In this document: positions 25,882-31,856 of the stretch, piece after piece | Layout of the letters: each line of letters starts with the position of its first letter | Position numbering within the stretch: position 1 is the first letter of the stretch | Assembly (NCBI GenBank): GCA_040003545.1 | Contig: JBDUCF010000001.1 | Location: 1 to 31,856, forward strand | DNA: 31,856 bases | Direction of reading: 5' to 3' | From: Pyrinomonadaceae bacterium | GTDB taxonomy: Bacteria > Acidobacteriota > Blastocatellia > Pyrinomonadales > Pyrinomonadaceae | The notes under the pieces: generated by a model | Database searches by the model: none | What the model saw: only the letters and a program-made list of their open reading frames with translations | Told to the model about the DNA's origin: nothing | Translations under genes and position numbers: made by a program

Positions 25882-25974
25882 GAAACCGAAAACGGTCAAA
25901 AGATTGCCCTCCCCAACTATTCTCGCTCCTGCAAACGGTTCGCATTTCAAAGACTATGCTGTTCAAAATAAGAG

Positions 25975-27693
25975 ATGAAGCAACTGACTGAAGAACCAGA
26001 ATCGATTTCCGCGCCGAACGATGTAGTGGCGAATCTCCCTGGCGAAGATGCTTTTTCGTTCCCGGAGAATAATGAGCCACCCGAAGTGACTGCGGCGAAG
26101 AAGTTGGCCCAACGCTATCGCCTGCCGTACGTTGATTTGCTACCTGTTAACGGAGACTCGCCGATCGACTATTCCTTGCTGGGTGAGTTACCCATCGACT
26201 TGATGTTGCGTCATCAGTTCGTGCCGCTACGGCGTGACGGCAAACGGCTACACATCGCGATGGCGGATCCGACGGACCTGGAAAAGCTGGATGAGTTGGC
26301 GCATGCATTGCGCGCGCGTCTGGTAGCGCATATCGCCACTGCGGGCGCTATTGACGTGGTGCTGCACAAAGGAGACGCAACCCAGCGAGTGTTGCAGGAA
26401 GCAACGTCCGGGTTTCGCATCTCTCTGGTACGCGAAACGGAGCAGGGCGAAGAAGTGCTCGACCTGGATCGGCTGGCGGCAGCAGACTCCGAGATGTCCC
26501 CGATCATCAAGCTGGTCGATACGATTATTTTCAACGCGATGGAGTCGCGCGCATCAGACATCCACATCGAGACCCGCGACACAGAAGTGCAGGTCAAATT
26601 CCGCATTGACGGCGCGCTGTATGCGAAAGTTGATCCCATTGACCTGGCTTATCACCAAAGACTTATTTCGCGCATCAAGGTGATGTCCGAACTCGACATT
26701 GCTGAGCGGCGCGTGCCGCAGGACGGGCGTTTTCGCGTGCGCTACAAAGGACGCAACGTTGATTTCCGCGTTTCGATAATGCCCACCGTTCACGGCGAAG
26801 ATGCGGTCATTCGTATTCTTGACAAGGAACAGATCAATGAGGCTTTCAAGGAGTTGCGCCTCGACGTAGTCGGGTTCAACGATGAAGACCTGCGAAAGTT
26901 TCGGCGCTACATCGCCGAACCGTACGGCATGGTCCTGGTAACCGGGCCTACCGGTTCCGGCAAAACCACTACTTTATATGCAGCGCTGAATGAGATTCGG
27001 AACGAAGAAGATAAGATTCTCACAATCGAAGATCCGGTCGAGTATCAGTTGCACGGCATCACGCAGATTCCGGTGAACGAGAAAAAGGGATTGACGTTCG
27101 CGCGCGGCCTGCGCTCCATCCTGCGTCACGATCCAGACAAGATAATGGTCGGCGAAATCCGCGATACCGAAACAGCGCAGATTGCCATTCAATCGGCGCT
27201 GACAGGCCATCTGGTTTTCACAACGGTCCACGCCAACAATGTGATCGACGTGATTGGCCGGTTCTTGAATATGGGGGTTGAACCTTACAACTTCGTTTCA
27301 AGTTTGAACTGCGTATTGGCCCAGCGGTTGATTCGGATGCTTTGTCCCGTTTGTAAGCGAGCTTATCGTCCTACCGACACGGAAGTGCTGGAATCGGGCC
27401 TGCGTCCGGAGGAACAGAAGGGGCGCGTCTTTTACATGCATGTGGGTTGCGATGCCTGCAATCACACCGGCTATCGTGGGCGTACCGCGATTCACGAACT
27501 GTTGGACCTCAGCGACAACATCCGCGAGATGATCGTGGAGCGCCGGCCCGGTTCAGAAGTTCGCCGCGCAGCGGCTGCAGAGGGCCTTACCAGCCTGCGC
27601 GAGTCGGCCCTGAAAAAAGTCTTCAGCGGCGTCTCGACTCTGCACGAAATCAATCGCGTAACATTTGTTGAGGAACTTAGCTTAACGAGGTAA
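25975..27693 (+). CDS. GspE/PulE/PilB-family assembly ATPase
   Basis: ASDIHIE, LDIAERRVPQDGRF, Walker A GPTGSGKTT, TIEDPVEY, LRHDPDKIMVGEIRD, His box TTVHAN, and CPVC/CDAC zinc motif. Confidence 0.96.
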   Translation: MKQLTEEPESISAPNDVVANLPGEDAFSFPENNEPPEVTAAKKLAQRYRLPYVDLLPVNGDSPIDYSLLGELPIDLMLRHQFVPLRRDGKRLHIAMADPTDLEKLDELAHALRARLVAHIATAGAIDVVLHKGDATQRVLQEATSGFRISLVRETEQGEEVLDLDRLAAADSEMSPIIKLVDTIIFNAMESRASDIHIETRDTEVQVKFRIDGALYAKVDPIDLAYHQRLISRIKVMSELDIAERRVPQDGRFRVRYKGRNVDFRVSIMPTVHGEDAVIRILDKEQINEAFKELRLDVVGFNDEDLRKFRRYIAEPYGMVLVTGPTGSGKTTTLYAALNEIRNEEDKILTIEDPVEYQLHGITQIPVNEKKGLTFARGLRSILRHDPDKIMVGEIRDTETAQIAIQSALTGHLVFTTVHANNVIDVIGRFLNMGVEPYNFVSSLNCVLAQRLIRMLCPVCKRAYRPTDTEVLESGLRPEEQKGRVFYMHVGCDACNHTGYRGRTAIHELLDLSDNIREMIVERRPGSEVRRAAAAEGLTSLRESALKKVFSGVSTLHEINRVTFVEELSLTR

Positions 27694-27911
27694 GCGGCGG
27701 CAGTAGACACTGACTGCCCCCCCCGTTAAGCTTCGAATTCGCTCAAATCTCCTCCACATTCACGCACAAGAGCCAGGCTGACATTTTCCGACATACCTTG
27801 GTGTGTGGCTTTGCCGGAACTGTTCCGCTAGAATTGCGTGTAACCAGACGGGTTCGAGATTCCTGCTCTCGAGGGCAGGCTTTGACGAAGATTCATCTTA
27901 GGGAGTTCGCT

Positions 27912-30617
27912 ATGAGATCAAGAAACAGTTTCCGCGCGATACTTTCGCTGCTGGTAGTGGCGTGCATTCTTTCAGCGCCAGTGATGGCGTTTGGTAAAAA
28001 AGGGAGCAGCCATTACAAAAAGGGATTGGAATACGAGAAGGCGCAGCAGTGGGAAAAGGCAGCGCAGGAGTTCACACTCGCGGTCGCAGCCGATCCTTCC
28101 AGTGTGGAGTTTCAACTTCATTACCGGCGCGCTGTGTTTAATGCGTCGCAGAGCTTCATGCAGCAGGGACGCGCACTTGCCGAGCAGCGAGACTACCTTG
28201 GAGGATACAACGCTTTTCGCCAGGCCTTTGCCTACGATCCGGTCAATCAGCTGGCCGTATCCGAAATGGAACGCATGCTGCGTTTGCAGAACGTAAAGGA
28301 GGGCCACGCCGCAACTTCCAATGGTGATGGCAAGTCGAATCCCGCGCCGGAGGACGAGGCTGGCGGAACCCCGGCTTCCGGATCAAATACGCGATCCGGG
28401 GCGCAGGAAGCAATTCCCCCGTCCACCCGCACTGAAGTATTGCGGTCCGTCATCTTTAGCGGCGACCTAAAAGCCTTCATTCGCACTCTGGCCGACCAGC
28501 TTAATCTCAACGTCATTTTTGATCGGCAATCGTTCGCCCAGTCGAAATCGATTGATATCAATCTGCGTGATGTAACTACTGCTCAGGCGCTCGACTATAT
28601 TTTTCTACAGGAAGGGCTGTTTTTTCAAAAGTTGAGCCGGCGCACCATCCTGGTTGCCGAGCAAACCAGGAGGCCCCAGTACCAGCAATTAGTGTTGCGG
28701 ACCTTCTATCTCGCGAACATGAAGCCAACCGACGCGAAGTCGTTCATCTCTCTTGCTATTCCCGCCTCGGTGGGCCGGCCGCAATCAATCGTTGTTTCGG
28801 ATGATGCGACAAACAGTCTGACTGTTCGTGACACAGCAGAGAACGTCAGGCTCATCGGCGAGTTGCTCGCAAGCATTGATAAGGACCGCGCCGAAGTAGT
28901 GATGGACGTAAACATCTATGAAGTTTCCCGTAGTGATTTCCTGCAATTGGGCAATCAAATCGGAGACGTAGGTGGCTTCAACATCGGCGGCTCGCCCGGT
29001 CTGAGCTTTCTCACCAGCAATGGCACGCTCAACAGAAACAATACCGGCGTTAATCTGAGTGGCATTGTGGGCAACACGCCGACTGCGCTGGCCGCCGCGC
29101 TGATTCTTCCCGGCTCCACGCTGACGGCATTCCAGGGCAAAAGCAATACAAAACTGATCGCTTCCACGCAGGTGCACGCGTTCACCGGCGAGGAATCCAC
29201 GGCACGCATCGGCCAGCGCGTTCCGGTGCAAACGGCGCAGGCCTATCCTTTCGGAGTGCAAACGGGAACGCCAGCCACAACGGGCGGGTTTCCCAGTGGC
29301 GGCTTTCCGGTAATCAACTACGAACCTACGGGACTGACCCTCAGATTCACACCCCAGGTCTTTCCCAATCTTGACGTGCAGGTGAAGATGTCTATTGAGT
29401 CCAAGGACGTTCTGGGCGCCAGTACACTGACGCCGACGTTTACTGAACGCACCATTACAGGCACAGCCCGGGTACAGAATAATCGGACCATGCTTTTAGC
29501 CAGCGTGGCCCAGGACGTTCAGGCAACTGGGCGAAAAGGTCTGCCATTGCTTGGGCTTATCCCCGTGCTTGGCCGTTTGTTTACTTCCCCGACGCGCGAC
29601 GATCGTCAGGTGGACATCGTTATTGCTGTAACGCCGCGAGTCTTGCGGGCGCCCGCGGTGACCCCGCGCGACGAAGAGATGCGTCCCAGCGGAACTTTGC
29701 AGTCCCCCACAACCGGCTCCCTGGAAGCGATGCTGCGTGAAGCTGAGACTGAAGATCAGCTGGCGGCAATCGCAGCCGCCCGCTCCGCCGCGCGAAATAT
29801 TCCCAGGAATGTTGTCGTTCAGGTGGCTGATGCTGATGCCGAACCGCCAGCTTACGTACCCGCGCCTAAAGCCCTGGTGGCCACTACCGCAGTTGCGACT
29901 CCTGGTCCGGAAAGCGCCGGAGCCAGGGTGACGTCCGTTCCAGTCGCGGTTCCTGCCGAAAAGAAAGAGGTCGCAGCGACTGCGCCCGCGCCGATCAACG
30001 TTTCTCTCGAGGGACCATCATACGTTCAGCGACCCGCTGATTTGCCCGCCGCTTTGAAGACTTTGACCAGCCAAACCACGGCAGTTTCATCACCCGTTCC
30101 AACCGCGAGGCAAAATCCATCCCTGGTTCCGATGGCGCAGAATCTCGCTTCGGTAAATCAAACGGGAGAGGCAGCAGACACGGTGGTAGCGACAGGCATG
30201 GCCGAGCTTAACCTTGCGCTCGGGAAGGAAGAGATGGGCGTCGGTGAAAAGCGAAGTTTGTCTATCGAGCTGAAGTCCGATGCGCCGCTTGGTCTGGCAG
30301 TGATCATGCTTCGATTCGACCCGAACGTGATCAAGATAAACAACGTTTCGCCCGGCTCGATGTTTGCGGGAGCTAAAACCCCACCGGTAATCATCCGATC
30401 GGTAGATGACAAGGGAATGCTTCTGGTGTCGATTGCCCCCGGGGCCGGCTCGCAGGGCCTGTCTGGGCAAGGCGCGCTGTTGCAACTTGACGTGGAAGCT
30501 CTGTGTGCAGGGGACAGCGCGTTTACGCTCGACCCGGGGAATGTTCACCTCGTTGCTGCCGACGGCCGGAGCCTGATGTTGCAAATGGGCCAGAGCCATC
30601 TGACGGTGAAACAGTAA
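27912..30617 (+). CDS. Outer-membrane secretin (GspD/PilQ family) with N-terminal TPR and C-terminal cohesin-like domain
   Basis: GGGAG before the ATG at 27912; signal peptide; TPR-like HYKKGLEYEKAQQWEKAAQEF; N-domains (DATNSLTVRD); secretin core (GLPLLGLIPVLGRLF, IVIAVTPRV); Ala/Pro linker; C-terminal beta-sandwich (LRFDP...SGQGALLQLDVEAL). Confidence 0.9.
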   Translation: MRSRNSFRAILSLLVVACILSAPVMAFGKKGSSHYKKGLEYEKAQQWEKAAQEFTLAVAADPSSVEFQLHYRRAVFNASQSFMQQGRALAEQRDYLGGYNAFRQAFAYDPVNQLAVSEMERMLRLQNVKEGHAATSNGDGKSNPAPEDEAGGTPASGSNTRSGAQEAIPPSTRTEVLRSVIFSGDLKAFIRTLADQLNLNVIFDRQSFAQSKSIDINLRDVTTAQALDYIFLQEGLFFQKLSRRTILVAEQTRRPQYQQLVLRTFYLANMKPTDAKSFISLAIPASVGRPQSIVVSDDATNSLTVRDTAENVRLIGELLASIDKDRAEVVMDVNIYEVSRSDFLQLGNQIGDVGGFNIGGSPGLSFLTSNGTLNRNNTGVNLSGIVGNTPTALAAALILPGSTLTAFQGKSNTKLIASTQVHAFTGEESTARIGQRVPVQTAQAYPFGVQTGTPATTGGFPSGGFPVINYEPTGLTLRFTPQVFPNLDVQVKMSIESKDVLGASTLTPTFTERTITGTARVQNNRTMLLASVAQDVQATGRKGLPLLGLIPVLGRLFTSPTRDDRQVDIVIAVTPRVLRAPAVTPRDEEMRPSGTLQSPTTGSLEAMLREAETEDQLAAIAAARSAARNIPRNVVVQVADADAEPPAYVPAPKALVATTAVATPGPESAGARVTSVPVAVPAEKKEVAATAPAPINVSLEGPSYVQRPADLPAALKTLTSQTTAVSSPVPTARQNPSLVPMAQNLASVNQTGEAADTVVATGMAELNLALGKEEMGVGEKRSLSIELKSDAPLGLAVIMLRFDPNVIKINNVSPGSMFAGAKTPPVIIRSVDDKGMLLVSIAPGAGSQGLSGQGALLQLDVEALCAGDSAFTLDPGNVHLVAADGRSLMLQMGQSHLTVKQ

Positions 30618-30629
30618 CGAGAAGCATGC

Positions 30630-30746
30630 GGACAGGGAGACTGGGAGATGGGGAGACAGGGAGACAGGGGAACGCGGCGGCGGGCAATGGAGAATCTTTT
30701 CTCCCCGTCTCCCCGTCTCCTTGTCTCTTCGTCTCGTCCCCCCTCC
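30630..30746. repeat. Palindromic 8-nt-period tandem-repeat cassette spanning the start and leader of pseudopilin 1
   Basis: Left arm has GGAGACAG-like units (GAGA at 30637, 30645, 30653, 30661); right arm has CCGTCTCC-like units (GTCTC at 30707, 30715, 30723, 30731). Confidence 0.85.
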
Positions 30747-31373
30747 CACGGTTTCACCCTGCTGGAATTAGTGATCACAATCACCGTGCTCACGATCCTC
30801 ACCCTGGGCGTGATTCCCATGATGAAGGTCTCGGTAAAGCGCCAGAAGGAGCAGCAACTGCGAGAGACTCTGCGTGAGATACGCACCGCGATCGATCAGT
30901 TTCACCGCGAGGCCATAGCCGGTGCTCAGGCCGGAGCACAGGCACAAGCACAACAGCAACAGCAGCAACAACAACAGCGACCGCAGCAACAGCCGCCCCA
31001 GCTCGATCCGCGAATACGTGTTTACGTCAGCGACCAGACAATCTTCACGGTTGATAATCCGGATCGTTACCCTCCCGACCTCGACACGCTGGTTAAGGGC
31101 GTAGATGTCCTGCCGTTCGCGACCGGTTCAATGGGTGGGCGGGGTAATCTGAATGTTAATGCCACGGAGGTCGGCAGAGAGCAGGCAACAGCGAAGAAAA
31201 AGGTTTACCTGCGCTTGATTCCAATCGATCCCATGACGGGGACATCCGAGTGGGATCTGCGCTCCTGCTACGATGCGCCAGACTCAAGTTCATGGGGCGG
31301 CGAGAACGTCTTTGACGTGCATTCGAAGTCGAAGGAGACGGCTCTGAACGGAGAGAAGTATAGTGACTGGTAA
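30648..31373 (+). CDS. GspG-like pseudopilin/prepilin 1 (class III signal peptide)
   Basis: G|FTLLELVITITVLTILTLGVIP with E5 and P22; poly-Gln insert; ends YSDW. The true start may be 30687. Confidence 0.9.
   Translation: MGRQGDRGTRRRAMENLFSPSPRLLVSSSRPPSHGFTLLELVITITVLTILTLGVIPMMKVSVKRQKEQQLRETLREIRTAIDQFHREAIAGAQAGAQAQAQQQQQQQQQRPQQQPPQLDPRIRVYVSDQTIFTVDNPDRYPPDLDTLVKGVDVLPFATGSMGGRGNLNVNATEVGREQATAKKKVYLRLIPIDPMTGTSEWDLRSCYDAPDSSSWGGENVFDVHSKSKETALNGEKYSDW
30921..31001 (+). repeat. CAA/CAG-rich tract encoding an Ala/Gln-rich segment with 9 consecutive Gln
   Basis: GAQAGAQAQAQQQQQQQQQRPQQQPPQ; the Q9 run is at 30951-30977. Confidence 0.9.
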
Positions 31374-31836
31374 AACGATTTCGGATTTCGGATTTCGGGT
31401 TTCGGATTCAAAAAGAGCTGATTTGCGTTTCAATCCGCAATCCGCAATCAGCAATTCGAAATCGACGGGCTTCACCCTGCTGGAGCTGATGATTGTGATT
31501 TCAATCATAATCATTCTGGCCGCAGTTGCCTTGCCGCAGTATCAGAAGACCGTCGTCCACGCGCGCGAGACGGTGTTGCATGATGATCTGTTCCAGATGA
31601 GAAAAATGATTGACCAGTACGCTGCCGATAAGGGCAAGCTGCCACAGCAGCTTGATGATCTGATCACTGGCAACTACATGCGCGAGATTCCGGAAGACCC
31701 GATCACCCGGGAGAAAGCCTGGGACACAGTGGCCGGCGCCGACCCGAGCTCAGTCGAGGGCGGAGACGGCATCGTCGATGTTCATAGCAAATCCACTGAC
31801 ACGGGCACAGACGGACGGCCATATAGCGAATGGTAG
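31363..31836 (+). CDS. GspG-like pseudopilin/prepilin 2 (class III signal peptide)
   Basis: GTG start overlapping the upstream stop; G|FTLLELMIVISIIIILAAVALP; DQYAADKGKLP, IPEDPIT; ends YSEW. Confidence 0.92.
   Translation: MTGKTISDFGFRVSDSKRADLRFNPQSAISNSKSTGFTLLELMIVISIIIILAAVALPQYQKTVVHARETVLHDDLFQMRKMIDQYAADKGKLPQQLDDLITGNYMREIPEDPITREKAWDTVAGADPSSVEGGDGIVDVHSKSTDTGTDGRPYSEW
31377..31464. repeat. Palindromic 7-nt-period tandem-repeat cassette encoding the leader of pseudopilin 2
   Basis: Left arm is (ATTTCGG)x3 plus GTTTCGG from 31378; right arm is AATCCGC AATCCGC AATCAGC AATTCGA from 31432. Confidence 0.88.
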
Positions 31837-31856
31837 CCGTTATCTTTGTACTTTGA

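Noticed and set aside
27699-27718. Terminator after the ATPase gene (GGCAGT-8 nt-ACTGCC)
   Set aside because: Followed by a C-run rather than a U-tract; at most a stabilising hairpin.
27823-27834. TTCCGC-TAGAAT, resembling TTCCGC-TATACT at the candidate rne promoter (shared promoter motif)
   Set aside because: Only two instances and no convincing -35 element; could be chance.
30630-31464. CRISPR array or DGR/mobile element explanation for the short repeats
   Set aside because: Units are 7-8 nt with no spacers, and the window has no cas, reverse transcriptase, Avd/four-helix-bundle, transposase or integrase gene.

Overview
This is a gene-dense bacterial chromosomal window; gene style suggests Acidobacteriota, possibly Blastocatellia/Pyrinomonadaceae (inference, no marker gene present). 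Left minus strand: metal-dependent hydrolase/cyclase (KynB-like), alkyltransferase-like protein, YbjQ, PaaI thioesterase, then a DICT-like sensor gene running off the window edge that the ORF track misses. Plus strand: M61 peptidase, mqnA and mqnC (futalosine menaquinone pathway), and an exported helical hypothetical protein. A long minus-strand run follows: FecR/Fn3/Ig membrane protein, GAF-GGDEF diguanylate cyclase, mreB-mreC-mreD-mrdA-rodA, DUF1311/LprI-like protein, Ser/Thr kinase with TPRs, a hairpin-rich ~770-nt intergenic region, and an RNase E/G with a ~430-aa disordered insert inside its S1 domain. Divergent from this run is a type II secretion/type IV pilus-like cluster: GspF/PilC, GspE/PilB, a TPR-secretin-cohesin protein and two GspG-like pseudopilins. 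No rRNA, tRNA, CRISPR array, transposase, integrase or reverse transcriptase was recognised. Best leads: (1) a FecR-type sensor paired with a diguanylate cyclase instead of an ECF sigma factor, lying between the pilus-like and elongasome operons; (2) an atypical cohesin-capped secretin system; (3) palindromic 7-8-nt tandem-repeat cassettes in both prepilin leader regions; (4) repeated linear motifs in the RNase E insert and a candidate long structured rne leader. All product calls come from motif recognition by eye, without database searches.
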